A program made the position numbers and the translations under genes. A model generated the notes under the pieces. The model saw only the letters and a program-made list of their open reading frames with translations. It ran no database searches and had not been told where the DNA came from. 64,000 nt of DNA from an uncultured Bacilli bacterium (lineage in GTDB: Bacteria > Bacillota_I > Bacilli_A > RF39 > UBA660), in contig CALVKI010000010.1 of assembly GCA_944332635.1 (NCBI GenBank), forward strand, positions 21,579-85,578, written 5' to 3'. Shown here one piece after another: positions 48,679-59,983 of this stretch. The stretch's first letter is position 1. Every line of letters begins with the position of its first letter.

Positions 48679-49457
48679 AATAAAAAATATAATTTTATTA
48701 CACATCATTTACAATTATAGAACCAACAAAAATAAAAAAATCATGGACTTGTTCAAAGTATATCTAAAAAAATTAGTATGATGGAAAACTTAAAACAGAA
48801 ATATATATGGTTATATTTATTATTATAACTATGATAGAAACAAAGAGAAGGATTGTAACCTGTAATTTGCAGATTACAATCCTTTAATTAGATACTATTT
48901 ATAAACCGCCCAACTTTTGAAGTTCAGTTTATTTTTACCATTTATATTTATCTCACAACTTCATTTTTTATACATGATTTTACTTTCTTTTTTAGTTTAA
49001 CTGTATTTATAATTTTTCTAAATCTGAACTATGTTCCCTATTTCTTCTCAAAGATTCACCTATAGGTATCAATTTTTCACAACGAAAAAAAGTATATCAA
49101 TTTCCGTTGTTAATTTATTACCAATCGCAAACGAACATATCTTATCCTCTTTTTTGGCTATATTATAAAAGATAAAAAAGAAAAGACATTCTTCAACTAT
49201 AGTTATACAATAAATGTGTTCTCTTTTTATATAAAAAGTCGAAAGTGTAAATTGTATTGACATAATAAAAAATATTCGTTATTATGAAAAACAAGTGAAA
49301 ATAGGGAAAACATTAAAGCAATAAATAAAGAATACTAAAGACATATATGAAGTTAATCTAAGAAAAATAATTGTCTTTTTTATTAAAGGCATATGAACAA
49401 AAATATTTCAAGGTTAAACATAATAAATAGATAGAATATGTTCTAAAAAGAAAGAAA

Positions 49458-50273
49458 GTGATAAAAATAACAACATATGAAACGGTTCAAAAACTATTAG
49501 AGCAAGATAATGCCCACGAATTTTATAGATTTCAAGGTCATAATAGTTTTGAATATTATAATATTAGAACAAATAGATTTGAAGATGAGGAAAGTCATTA
49601 TGTATACTTTTCTAGAACTATTAACCATCATTATTATTTTACAATAAGAAGAATAAGACAGTTAATTAATACAACCATTTTGAGGGATACTCCGTATAAT
49701 ATTTCAAGAAAGCACTTAAAAAATCAAAATAGCTTTTTGAATATAAAAAACTTGATAATTAATTCTGAAAAGATAAGAAAACTTAATAGTATAGCATTAG
49801 TATGTGATAATATTTACTATGACTTGATAATGGACAACAGTATTAATAACATGAAAAAGACATATCCAAGTATTGTAGAAAGAGTAGATAGAAGGGTTTA
49901 TGGGGGAGGATATGGGATTACTGGAGCTTGGCTTGATTTATTTAATGATTTAGTATATTTTACTTGTTGTACGAGAATTAATATTCAAGATGTAGTGAAT
50001 TTATTAGAACAAATGAGAAGAGGAACTAGTCAATTAAGTCCAATGCTAATACAAAATATTATGGATACTAAAATAAGAACATATAGTATATCAGAAACTT
50101 TGTATGATGACTTTCACAAATATAAAATTATGGAAGATTTAAACAGAATAGAAGAAGAAAAATTGTGGATTCCTGGGAGTGAATTTTCTAAAAATCCTAA
50201 AGAAACAAAAAAGAAAATATTATCAGTATATCAACAAAAAAGAAATCAAATATTATTAAATTATCATAAATAA
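49458..50273 (+). CDS. Hypothetical protein (271 aa), accessory
   Basis: The ORF follows a long AT-rich intergenic region. No family was recognised. Confidence 0.4.
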   Translation: MIKITTYETVQKLLEQDNAHEFYRFQGHNSFEYYNIRTNRFEDEESHYVYFSRTINHHYYFTIRRIRQLINTTILRDTPYNISRKHLKNQNSFLNIKNLIINSEKIRKLNSIALVCDNIYYDLIMDNSINNMKKTYPSIVERVDRRVYGGGYGITGAWLDLFNDLVYFTCCTRINIQDVVNLLEQMRRGTSQLSPMLIQNIMDTKIRTYSISETLYDDFHKYKIMEDLNRIEEEKLWIPGSEFSKNPKETKKKILSVYQQKRNQILLNYHK

Positions 50274-50290
50274 AAAATCCTAATCATAGT

Positions 50291-51323
50291 TGAAGTTGTC
50301 AATTAAAAGTAGATAATAAAAAACACTTATTCAAACCCTGATTGATGTCTATACTCAATTGGGGTTTTATAATCTAATGAAAAACTAGGTCTTAGATAAT
50401 TATGATCATATATAATTAAATTTATATAGTCTTCAACAGTTTCGAAAGTCTTCTTGATTAAAATCAATGTACATTTCTTTCATAAACCAACCATTTTTTG
50501 ATTCAATAATTGGATTACCTGTTGGTATACCGATTCTCGACATAGACCTAATTATGTTATAATCTTTATGTGCATTATTAAATGCCAATGAGGAATATAT
50601 TGTGCCTTGATCTGAGTGAAAAATAGTTTCTTGGCTTTTATATCCTCTTTTTACTTTATTTTGTAACATATTATTTAAAGCATTTCTATGATTAGACATA
50701 CTTACTCCATGATAAAAAGGTTTAATATCTGATCCTATTATAGAATCATCAAATGCATCTACGTAATATGTCCAATCATATCTTTGTTTTTTAAACCAAA
50801 TCGTTTTTATATCGGACGTTATTTTCTCAAAAGGTCGATAAGTTTTCCAATTGTTATTTATAAGATTAGGATATTTTATTGATTCTTCACCTGTTTTTTT
50901 ATAAATGATTATAATATTTTGCTTTACTTCTAATTTTTAGTATTTTGCAAATATTGTGTACTAAATTATCAGATACATACCATCCAATTTCTCGCCTACT
51001 ACAACTGTACCATCTGCTTTCACTAGATAACCTTTTTTCTCGTTCGTTCTAAATCTTTAATCTCATATTTTCATATTTTAGTTATTCTATTTCTGTTAAT
51101 TTTTTTTCGTTTGAATATTTGCATAAATGATTTTCAGGTTTCTTTTTGTTTTTTAAGGATGATCCACCATTTAAAACTTCTTTAATTAATTTTAATTTTT
51201 CTTTTTTTTTGCTCAATACCTACTAGGTTCTTTTCTTATTCTTGCCATATTGTTATACCTACAATTTTATTGTAATTGTAAAAAATGTAGACATATTTTG
51301 CCTACATTTATTTTACAACTTCA
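50291..51323 (-). mobile_element. Decayed IS3-family (IS150-like) insertion sequence with imperfect terminal inverted repeats; orfA and orfB are fragmented by multiple frameshifts
   Basis: The right end TGAAGTTGTCAATTAAAAGTAG (50291-) matches the reverse complement of the left end, TGAAGTTGTAAAATAAATGTAG (51302-51323). OrfB fragments include HSDQGTIYSS (rve DDE core, 50433-50699), ITSDIKTIWFKKQRYDWTYYVDAFDDSIIGSDI and the C-terminal DYKTPIEYRHQSGFE in another frame. OrfA fragments are MARIRKEPSRY and LTEIE..LKYENMRLKIENEREKK. Confidence 0.75.
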
Positions 51324-51342
51324 TAATTATAATTATAGTATT

Positions 51343-51675
51343 TTATCTTGTTAAACGCTTTGTAAAAGGAACTTCATAAGTATTATTAAAAGCACCAATA
51401 TCATTAGTTCCATTATTTAAAAAGCATGTATCAATACCTAAATTATATGCTAAAATTAATCTTTCTGGAGATTGAGAAATATATAAAGTGGGTATATTTT
51501 GTATGCTTTCTAGTAAATTTCGAAATTCTTGAAGATTTGATTGAGGAACAATTTTCATAGAACTACAAGTAACAGACATATGACCTTTTAGAAGATTTTG
51601 GACATTCTCAGCTATCATCTCATCTATCAAAAGAAAATTATAAGTACCAAAAGTATGTTGTTTATTATTTTTCAC
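51343..51675 (-). CDS. Hypothetical protein (110 aa); its 3' end abuts the IS element
   Basis: An ORF with no recognised family. It may be a remnant truncated by the IS insertion 20 bp away. Confidence 0.3.
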   Translation of the reverse strand: MKNNKQHTFGTYNFLLIDEMIAENVQNLLKGHMSVTCSSMKIVPQSNLQEFRNLLESIQNIPTLYISQSPERLILAYNLGIDTCFLNNGTNDIGAFNNTYEVPFTKRLTR

Positions 51676-52270
51676 TATATTCGCCTCCTTACGTGTTCTT
51701 CCATTATAAATAAAAGTGATAGAAAAGTAAAGATTTTTAAATGAGATTACAAAAGAAAATACTTATTTTTCATGTCATTTATATAAGAAGATTAAAATCA
51801 AAATAAAGGTTTATTACATACTAGACATTGCTAAATTAGTTAGATATAATAGCAATGAATTGAGTGTGATATTACCAGTATGAAAAAATTAATACATTTT
51901 TAGATAAATTGATATCTCAGATTATTATAATATGAAGAGTTTATTTATTACTATGAAAACTTCACTCAATAGTATCAGATAAAAACCAAATAAACTAGTT
52001 GATAGATTGTTATTTTAAAAGAACATATCTTCTATTTTGATATCTATAATTTACTTTGTTACAACAGTAGAAAAAGTGTGTATATGATACATGAAATTCT
52101 GAACTTGTAATTATAGTATTATTTGATTTTAACTAATAAGATATATTTCATTAAAATATAATCAGTATGTACAAACAGTAAAGCAGTAAATAAAATAATC
52201 TATATCATATAACTACCAAAAATAAATCTTATATTATCAATTAAGGTATAATTAAGAAAGGAGAAAAAAT

Positions 52271-54223
52271 ATGTTTAAATTAGTATCCAAATTTAAACCT
52301 TCTGGAGATCAACCTAAAGCTATTAATGAATTAGTAAAAGGTATTAAAGAGGGAAAAAAAGAACAAGTGCTGTTGGGAGCGACTGGTACCGGAAAAACAT
52401 TTACAATTGCAAATGTAATAAAAGAAGTCAACAAACCGACATTAGTACTTGCGCATAATAAAACATTAGCAGGGCAATTATACTCAGAATTAAAAGAACT
52501 TTTTCCGGAAAACAGAGTGGAATATTTTGTTTCATATTATGACTATTATCAACCAGAAGCTTACGTCCCTTCAACTGATACATATATTGAAAAAGATTCT
52601 TCTATCAATGATGAGATTGATGAATTACGTCATGCTGCTACTAGTAGTTTATTGTCGCGTGATGATGTAATTGTTGTTGCGAGTGTTTCTTGTATCTATG
52701 GTATTGGAGAAGTAGATGAATATAGAAATAAAATGTTAACGCTATCTGTTGGCGAAGAAGTTGAAAGAAACGCTATTTTAGCGAAACTAGTAGAAATGAT
52801 GTATGAAAGAAACGACTTAGATTTTAAACGTGGAACATTTAGAGTTCGTGGTGATATTATAGAAATAATACCAGCTTATCAAAATACAACAGGATATCGA
52901 GTAGAATTTTTTGGAAATGAAATAGATAGAATTAGTGAAATAGATACTTTAACTGGAGCAATAATCTCTAATAAAAAAAATGTTAGCTTATTTCCTGCAA
53001 GTCATTTTGTTGTAAGTGATGATAAGTTAAAAGCAGCAATCATTCGTATTAAAGAAGAATTAAAAGAAAGATTACAAGAGCTAAAAGAAAATAATAAATT
53101 ATTAGCTGCAGAGAGACTAGAACAAAGAACAAACTATGATATTGAAATGTTAGAAGAAACAGGTTTTTGTTCAGGAATTGAAAATTATTCTGCACCAATG
53201 GCAGGTAGAAAAAAAGGGGAAACTCCGACAACATTAATGGATTTTTTTCCACAAGATTATTTATTAGTAGTAGATGAATCACATGTTACACTACCACAGG
53301 TAAGAGGAATGTATAATGGTGATAGAGCAAGAAAAATGAATCTTGTTGAGTACGGCTTCCGACTTCCTAGTGCATTGGACAATAGACCATTAATGTATGA
53401 TGAGTTTGAAAAGAAAATTAATCAAGCAATTTACGTATCAGCAACACCAGGAGATTTAGAGCTTAAACATACAGGTGGAAAATTTGTAGAACAAATCATT
53501 CGTCCAACTGGATTATTAGATCCAACAATTGAAGTTAGAAAGACAGAAGGACAAATTGATGATTTAGTTGGTGAAATTAAAGATAGAATTGAAAAGAATG
53601 AAAGAATATTAGTTACAACACTAACAATACGAATGTCAGAAGAATTAACAAATTATCTAAAAGAATTAGATATCAAAGTGGCTTATCTTCATTCTGAAAT
53701 CAAAACACTAGAACGACTTCAAATAATTCATGACTTACGTGTAGGAAAATATGACGTGGTTGTTGGAATAAACCTATTACGTGAAGGAATTGATATTCCA
53801 GAAGTATCACTTATTGCTATACTAGATGCTGATAAAGAGGGATTCTTACGTAGTACTAGAAGCCTAATTCAAACAGTAGGACGTTGTGCGAGAAATGCTA
53901 ATGGTCATGTTATCATGTATGGAGATAAAATTACTGACTCTATGAAAGAAACAATAGAAGAAACAGCGAGACGTAGAAAGATTCAAGAAGAATATAATGA
54001 AAAGCATGGAATTACACCTAAAACTATTAATAAAGAAATTAGAGAAGTAATTAGTAACGTAGATGAGAAAACAGTAGAAAAGCCAAAGAAGATGACGAAA
54101 AAAGAATTTGCTAAAACAGTGGAGGCAATTGAGCAAGAGATGAGAGAAGCAGCAAAAGCATTAGACTTTGAACGTGCAATGGAATTAAGAGATATTCTTT
54201 TTGAAATGAAATCAGGAAACTAG
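52271..54223 (+). CDS. uvrB: Excinuclease ABC subunit B
   Basis: 650 aa with helicase motifs GATGTGKT and a C-terminal UVR domain. Confidence 0.95.
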   Translation: MFKLVSKFKPSGDQPKAINELVKGIKEGKKEQVLLGATGTGKTFTIANVIKEVNKPTLVLAHNKTLAGQLYSELKELFPENRVEYFVSYYDYYQPEAYVPSTDTYIEKDSSINDEIDELRHAATSSLLSRDDVIVVASVSCIYGIGEVDEYRNKMLTLSVGEEVERNAILAKLVEMMYERNDLDFKRGTFRVRGDIIEIIPAYQNTTGYRVEFFGNEIDRISEIDTLTGAIISNKKNVSLFPASHFVVSDDKLKAAIIRIKEELKERLQELKENNKLLAAERLEQRTNYDIEMLEETGFCSGIENYSAPMAGRKKGETPTTLMDFFPQDYLLVVDESHVTLPQVRGMYNGDRARKMNLVEYGFRLPSALDNRPLMYDEFEKKINQAIYVSATPGDLELKHTGGKFVEQIIRPTGLLDPTIEVRKTEGQIDDLVGEIKDRIEKNERILVTTLTIRMSEELTNYLKELDIKVAYLHSEIKTLERLQIIHDLRVGKYDVVVGINLLREGIDIPEVSLIAILDADKEGFLRSTRSLIQTVGRCARNANGHVIMYGDKITDSMKETIEETARRRKIQEEYNEKHGITPKTINKEIREVISNVDEKTVEKPKKMTKKEFAKTVEAIEQEMREAAKALDFERAMELRDILFEMKSGN

Positions 54224-54224
54224 T

Positions 54225-55064
54225 ATGGATAAGTATAAAAAAGTATATATAGAAATAACTAATATTTGTAATCTTAATTGTTCATTTTGTTCACCAATAA
54301 GAAAACAAAAACGATTTATGGAAGAAAAAGAATTTGAACACATTCTAAAACAAATATCAAAAGTAACCAAAGTAATTTATCTTCATGTTAAAGGCGAACC
54401 TTTATTACATCCAAAAATAATCAATTTTTTACGAATTGCTGAAAAATATAACGTAAATGTAAATTTAACAACAAACGGAATTTTATTTCCTACGTTAGTA
54501 GAAAAATTAAAAGACTGTAAATCATTACATAAGATAAATTTTTCTCTTCATTGTGAACAAAACATTCCTAACTATGAAGAAGCAATATTTAAAAATGTAG
54601 AAAAATTATCCCCAAATACTGTGATTATTTACCGATTATGGACATTAAAAGATAATAAATTAGATGAAAAGTCTATAAAAACAGTGAAAAAATTAGAAAG
54701 ATATTATAATTTATCCACAGAAACAGTGGAAAAATTAAAAACAGAAAACAATGTAAAGATTTCTTCCACAATATATGTGGATAAAGATAATGAGTTTAAA
54801 TGGCCAGAAATTACAAATCACAAGAGTTGTGGATATTGTCATGGGCTAAAAACTCAACTGGCAATTTTAGTAGATGGAACAGTAGTACCATGTTGTCTTG
54901 ATAGTGATAGCATTATTAATTTAGGAAATATATTTAATGAAACAATAGAAGAAATTCAAAAAAAGGAAAGATATAAAAAATTAAAAAAATCATTTCAAGA
55001 TAGAAAGCCAAGTGAAGCTCTGTGCCAATCATGCACGTTTAAGGAAAGGGATATAAAATGTTAA
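54225..55064 (+). CDS. Radical SAM enzyme with C-terminal SPASM/twitch auxiliary-cluster domain
   Basis: Has the radical SAM motif CNLNCSFC, the GGEPLL-like VKGEPLL, and C-terminal cysteines CGYCHG...VPCCLDSD...GN...CQSC. Confidence 0.75.
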   Translation: MDKYKKVYIEITNICNLNCSFCSPIRKQKRFMEEKEFEHILKQISKVTKVIYLHVKGEPLLHPKIINFLRIAEKYNVNVNLTTNGILFPTLVEKLKDCKSLHKINFSLHCEQNIPNYEEAIFKNVEKLSPNTVIIYRLWTLKDNKLDEKSIKTVKKLERYYNLSTETVEKLKTENNVKISSTIYVDKDNEFKWPEITNHKSCGYCHGLKTQLAILVDGTVVPCCLDSDSIINLGNIFNETIEEIQKKERYKKLKKSFQDRKPSEALCQSCTFKERDIKC

Positions 55065-56242
55065 AAATATATGAAAAGGTATCAAAAACACAAAATAATT
55101 TATTAGGGATTGTAGAAAGAGAAAAGAATAAATCTTTAATAGGAGAGGAACCGTGCTTATTATGTATCTCAGCTCAAACTATGCATCCTAAATCTGTTTT
55201 TGGAATAATAAGAGAAGGAATGCAAGCCGCCAGATTAAGAACAACAGAAGAAATTGGAGCTGGTTATGATATTAAAGATTTTCCTGTGCATTTTTTAGGA
55301 ATGACTTTCCAATCAGATGAACATTATAAAAATCCAGGTCAGGAATTAGCGGAAACACAATTTTTTCCATTATTAGAAGAAGAAGGAAAAAGATTAACAG
55401 AAGAGCAAGTAAAAAATAAGTTTAGAAACATCAATATACTAACCTATTGTAATGGAACGGAAACATATTTAGAAGCTGAAAAACAAACAAAAAAAAGAAT
55501 GGAAGAATTAGGATATAGTCAAGAAGAACAAAATAACATTTTATCCCAAATATCAGTAGTTGCTATAGCAACAATGTCTGATGTTAGTGAAATAAATGCT
55601 TCATGTACTACATTTATTGATGTGAATGATAGTGAAATATGGACACCATTGATAGAATCGTTACAAGAAAGATTAGAAGATGGTCAAAAGAAAATAGATC
55701 AACTACCAATTTCTCTGACAAGCAAGATATGCTATTTCAATGGAAGTGGAACACACTCAATTAAGGAATACTTATTAGACTCATCACTAGCAAAAGCACC
55801 AATCTGTATTTCAATAATATGCAGCTTAAATAATAGCCTCCACAATAAAAAACAAACAGAAAAGCACCCTTATCAACAAGATAATATGTTTTTTAACACA
55901 ACGTTACATTACTATAATAAAATGAAAATATCTCCAGAAGAAATAATTAAAAGGTTAGATAAAAGTGTAGAGTATGAAGGGGTGACTCCAAAAAGCCAAG
56001 AAGTAATAGAATTGTTAAACCACCAAGATAGTTTATGTAAAACAATGTATTATTTACAACAAGAAAATGAATATTTGAGGAAAAAGGAAAAGAGAACATC
56101 AGATAAGTTAGATAGTCTAGTTTCAACAATGTCAGACACATTACCAAAGGACACTTACTACGATATCTTAGTAAAAGGGATAGGTTTTCAAATTCCAGCA
56201 GGAGAACATATAGAAACCGAATTAGGAAAAGGAAAAAAATAA
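55058..56242 (+). CDS. Hypothetical protein (394 aa), co-transcribed with the radical SAM gene
   Basis: Overlaps the radical SAM stop codon. No family was recognised. Confidence 0.4.
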   Translation: MLKIYEKVSKTQNNLLGIVEREKNKSLIGEEPCLLCISAQTMHPKSVFGIIREGMQAARLRTTEEIGAGYDIKDFPVHFLGMTFQSDEHYKNPGQELAETQFFPLLEEEGKRLTEEQVKNKFRNINILTYCNGTETYLEAEKQTKKRMEELGYSQEEQNNILSQISVVAIATMSDVSEINASCTTFIDVNDSEIWTPLIESLQERLEDGQKKIDQLPISLTSKICYFNGSGTHSIKEYLLDSSLAKAPICISIICSLNNSLHNKKQTEKHPYQQDNMFFNTTLHYYNKMKISPEEIIKRLDKSVEYEGVTPKSQEVIELLNHQDSLCKTMYYLQQENEYLRKKEKRTSDKLDSLVSTMSDTLPKDTYYDILVKGIGFQIPAGEHIETELGKGKK

Positions 56243-56262
56243 TCTTTCTTTTTTTTGTTTAA

Positions 56263-56291
56263 TTGACGAACAAATGTTTTTTGCTATAAAA
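56263..56291 (+). promoter_or_regulatory. Putative uvrA promoter (-35 TTGACG, 16-nt spacer, -10 TATAAAA) overlapped by a Cheo-like LexA box CGAACAAATGTTTT (56267-56280)
   Basis: The box matches CGAACRNRYGTTCG at 12 of 14 positions. A second extended -10 TGTTATAAT lies at 56329-56337. Confidence 0.4.
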
Positions 56292-56355
56292 TAATTATGC
56301 AAAATTTGAATAAAAAAAATAAAAAATATGTTATAATATGTGGCAGGTGAAATAT

Positions 56356-59169
56356 ATGGATAAAATTATTGTAAAAGGTGCAAGAGAAAACAATTTAAAA
56401 AATGTAAATATAGAATTACCCAAAAATAAACTAATTGTTATGACTGGGGTATCAGGAAGTGGAAAAAGTAGTCTTGCTTTTGATACTATTTATGCAGAAG
56501 GTCAAAGAAGATATGTGGAAAGTTTATCTGCATACGCTAGACAATTCTTGGGTGGAAGTGAAAAACCAGATGTTGATAGTATCGAAGGATTATCCCCAGC
56601 TATTAGTATTGATCAAAAAACAACTAATAATAATCCTAGATCAACAGTTGGAACTGTAACAGAAATATATGATTATTTGAGGCTTATCTTTGCTCGCGCT
56701 GGTGTGCCATATTGCCCTAATCACAATATTCCTATATCAAGTCAAAGTGTTGAAGAAATGACTAATAAAATATTAGAATATCCAGAAGGAACAAAAATAA
56801 TTGTTATGGCTCCAGTTGTGCATGGAGAAAAAGGAACACAGAAAGATTTATTAGAAAGATTACGCAAAGAAGGTTATATCAGAGTAAGAATAGATGAAGA
56901 AATGATGGATTTATCTGAAGAAATAGTATTAGATAAAAATAAAAAACATAAAATGGATGTTATTATTGACCGCTTAATTATTAAAGAGGGAATAAGATCA
57001 AGAATTTTTGAGGCGATTGAATCCGCTACAAAGTTAGCAGAAGGAAAAGTTGTAGTAGATGTGCTTGGGGAAAATAAAAAAGAAATTGTTTTATCTGAAT
57101 CATTTGCTTGCCCATACTGCGAATATTCATTACCAGAATTAGAACCTAGAATATTCAGTTTTAATGCTCCATATGGGGCTTGTCCAGATTGCAAAGGTTT
57201 AGGAATAAAATTGCAAATAGATGCAGATTTAGTAATACCAGATAAAGATAAATCTATTAGAGAAGGATGCATCAAAACATTAACAGATGATCCGGAAGGT
57301 TTAGATTATCAAAAGCTAGAATGTGTATGCAAGCATTATAAGATTGATATGACAAAACCGTGGAAAAGTTTAACTAAAAAGCAAAAGGATGTCATTCTTT
57401 ATGGTTCGGACGAAATAATTCATTTTCAATATTCTTCTAAAAGTGGTAATAAATATAATAGTAAAGACTTCTATGAAGGGATTATTAATAATTTAGAAAG
57501 AAGATATATGGAAACCAGTTCTACATGGATTAGAGATTGGTTAGAAAACTATATGGTAGAACACACCTGCGAAACTTGTCATGGAGCACGACTTACGGAC
57601 GACGTGTTATCCGTAAAGGTAAACGGGAAAAATATATATGAAGTAACGACAATGAGTATAAAAGAATTAATTCCATTTTTTGATAATTTAGAGTTATCAG
57701 AAGAAAAGAAGGAAATTGCAAAACTTGTTATTAAAGAAGTACAAGATAGATTACATTTCTTGAAAAATGTAGGATTAGAATATTTAACTTTAAGCAGAAG
57801 TGCTGGCACCTTATCCGGTGGAGAAGCCCAACGTATTCGATTAGCAACGCAAATTGGATCACATTTAACAGGTGTTTTATATGTTTTAGACGAGCCTAGT
57901 ATTGGATTGCATCAAAGGGATAACGAAAAATTAATTAATTCTATGTTAGAAATGCGAGACTTAGGAAACACACTAATTGTAGTAGAACACGATACAGATA
58001 CAATGTTAGCATGTGATTATTTAGTGGATATTGGACCTGGAGCGGGTGATCATGGTGGACAAATTGTCGCAGCTGGTACACCAGAAGAAGTTATGAAAAA
58101 TGAAAATAGCTTAACAGGACAATATTTGAGTGGAAAGAAATGTATTGATGTACCAAATACAAGAAGAAAAGGGAATAAAAAGTTCTTAAAAATAAAAGGT
58201 GCCGCAGAACACAATTTAAAAAATATTGATGTTGATATTCCACTAGGTACATTTACATGTATAACTGGAGTATCCGGAAGTGGAAAGAGTAGTTTAGTAA
58301 ATGAGATACTTTGTAAAGAAGTAGCTTCTAAACTATATAATTCAAAAGAACGTCCTGGAAAGCATAAAAAGATTTTGGGATTAGATAATATTGATAAATT
58401 AGTTGCCATCTCGCAGAACCCAATAGGTAGAACACCACGTTCAAATCCAGCAACATATACTGGAGTATTTGATGATATTCGTACTCTTTTTACAACGACA
58501 AAAGAAGCAAAAATGTACGGATTTGAAAAGAACAGATTTTCCTTTAATGTAAAAGGTGGAAGATGTGAAGCATGTCGTGGAGATGGTGTGAAAAAGATAG
58601 AAATGCACTTTTTACCAGATGTTTATGTCCCATGTGAGGTTTGTCATGGAACTAGGTATAATAGAGAGACTTTAAACATAAAGTATAAAGGAAAAAATAT
58701 TGCAGAAGTACTAGATATGAGAGTCTCTGAAGCTTTAGAATTCTTCTCAAATGTTCCAAAAATAAAAAATAAACTCCAGGTGCTAGAAGATGTAGGTCTA
58801 GGTTATATAAAATTAGGACAAAGTGCACCAACTTTATCTGGTGGAGAGGCAGAACGTGTAAAGTTAGCAAAAGAATTACAAAAAAAAGCAACGGGTAAAA
58901 CATTATTTGTACTAGACGAACCTACAACGGGATTACATACAGATGATATTAAGCGCTTACTTGCAATTTTGCAGAAAATAGTAGATAATAAAGACACAGT
59001 AGTAGTAATTGAACACAACTTAGATGTAATTAAGGTTGCTGATTACATTATTGATTTAGGACCAGAAGGTGGAGACGAAGGTGGACAAATTGTTGCCACT
59101 GGAACACCAGAAGAAGTATCTAAGGTGAAAGAATCTTACACTGGACAGTTTCTAAAAAAAATCTTATAA
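56356..59169 (+). CDS. uvrA: Excinuclease ABC subunit A
   Basis: Has two ABC ATPase modules with Walker A motifs GVSGSGKSS, plus zinc fingers. The ATG at 56356 has an RBS AGGTGA. Confidence 0.95.
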   Translation: MDKIIVKGARENNLKNVNIELPKNKLIVMTGVSGSGKSSLAFDTIYAEGQRRYVESLSAYARQFLGGSEKPDVDSIEGLSPAISIDQKTTNNNPRSTVGTVTEIYDYLRLIFARAGVPYCPNHNIPISSQSVEEMTNKILEYPEGTKIIVMAPVVHGEKGTQKDLLERLRKEGYIRVRIDEEMMDLSEEIVLDKNKKHKMDVIIDRLIIKEGIRSRIFEAIESATKLAEGKVVVDVLGENKKEIVLSESFACPYCEYSLPELEPRIFSFNAPYGACPDCKGLGIKLQIDADLVIPDKDKSIREGCIKTLTDDPEGLDYQKLECVCKHYKIDMTKPWKSLTKKQKDVILYGSDEIIHFQYSSKSGNKYNSKDFYEGIINNLERRYMETSSTWIRDWLENYMVEHTCETCHGARLTDDVLSVKVNGKNIYEVTTMSIKELIPFFDNLELSEEKKEIAKLVIKEVQDRLHFLKNVGLEYLTLSRSAGTLSGGEAQRIRLATQIGSHLTGVLYVLDEPSIGLHQRDNEKLINSMLEMRDLGNTLIVVEHDTDTMLACDYLVDIGPGAGDHGGQIVAAGTPEEVMKNENSLTGQYLSGKKCIDVPNTRRKGNKKFLKIKGAAEHNLKNIDVDIPLGTFTCITGVSGSGKSSLVNEILCKEVASKLYNSKERPGKHKKILGLDNIDKLVAISQNPIGRTPRSNPATYTGVFDDIRTLFTTTKEAKMYGFEKNRFSFNVKGGRCEACRGDGVKKIEMHFLPDVYVPCEVCHGTRYNRETLNIKYKGKNIAEVLDMRVSEALEFFSNVPKIKNKLQVLEDVGLGYIKLGQSAPTLSGGEAERVKLAKELQKKATGKTLFVLDEPTTGLHTDDIKRLLAILQKIVDNKDTVVVIEHNLDVIKVADYIIDLGPEGGDEGGQIVATGTPEEVSKVKESYTGQFLKKIL

Positions 59170-59183
59170 AAAAGAGGTAATGT

Positions 59184-59969
59184 ATGGAAAAAGTAGCGCT
59201 AGATTTAGGACCAATTCAAATATATTGGTATTCAATATTTATTTTCATAGGAATGCTAATAGCCTGCATAGTAATTTATAAAGAAGCGAAAAAAAAAGGA
59301 ATTGAAGAAGATTTTTTAGTAAATTTGACATTTAATACAATTATTTTTGGTATTATAGGAGCGAGACTTTATTATGTTCTATTTAACTTATCCTACTATA
59401 TGAATAATCCAATAGAAATTTTACAGGTTTGGAATGGAGGACTTGCAATTCATGGAGGTATTATTGCTGGGTTACTATTTGTAATTTATTATTGTAGAAA
59501 ACATGAAGTAAACTTATGGAAAATGCTAGATATCATCGTTGTGGGATTAATTATTGCTCAAGCAATTGGAAGATGGGGAAATTTTTTCAATAGTGAAGCC
59601 TATGGTCCAGTAACAACAGCAGAAAAATTAGAATCACATGGAATACCAGATTTTATAATTAGTGGTATGTATATTTTAGGAGACTACCGTCAGCCAACAT
59701 TCTTTTATGAATCTATGTGGTGCTTATTTGGTTTTTTAGCAATGCTAATAATACGAAAATATAAAAAATTAAAAATAAGTCAATTAACTAGTTTTTATCT
59801 AATTTGGTATGGAGCTATTAGATTTATTATAGAGGCTATGAGAACAGATTCATTAATGCTAGGACCATTAAAAATAGCTCAGTTTGTGTCAGTGATTTTT
59901 ATTATTTCGGGAATAATAATTTTTATTAAGAGTATAAAAAAAACAGAACAGGAATTATATAATGTGTAA
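59184..59969 (+). CDS. lgt: Prolipoprotein diacylglyceryl transferase
   Basis: Has the Lgt signature GARLYYVLFN...WNGGLAIHGGIIAG. Confidence 0.9.
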   Translation: MEKVALDLGPIQIYWYSIFIFIGMLIACIVIYKEAKKKGIEEDFLVNLTFNTIIFGIIGARLYYVLFNLSYYMNNPIEILQVWNGGLAIHGGIIAGLLFVIYYCRKHEVNLWKMLDIIVVGLIIAQAIGRWGNFFNSEAYGPVTTAEKLESHGIPDFIISGMYILGDYRQPTFFYESMWCLFGFLAMLIIRKYKKLKISQLTSFYLIWYGAIRFIIEAMRTDSLMLGPLKIAQFVSVIFIISGIIIFIKSIKKTEQELYNV

Positions 59970-59983
59970 ATAGGAGGGAAAAA

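Noticed and set aside
49069-49263. 64-aa minus-strand ORF in the 780-bp spacer after the M23 activator gene
   Set aside because: It has no RBS, its AT-rich composition is indistinguishable from the surrounding spacer, and there is no homology signal.
52021-52034. GAACATATCTTC as a LexA box upstream of uvrB
   Set aside because: It has a core mismatch (CTTC instead of GTTC) and lies about 240 bp upstream of the start. It is too weak to call without a clade-specific matrix.
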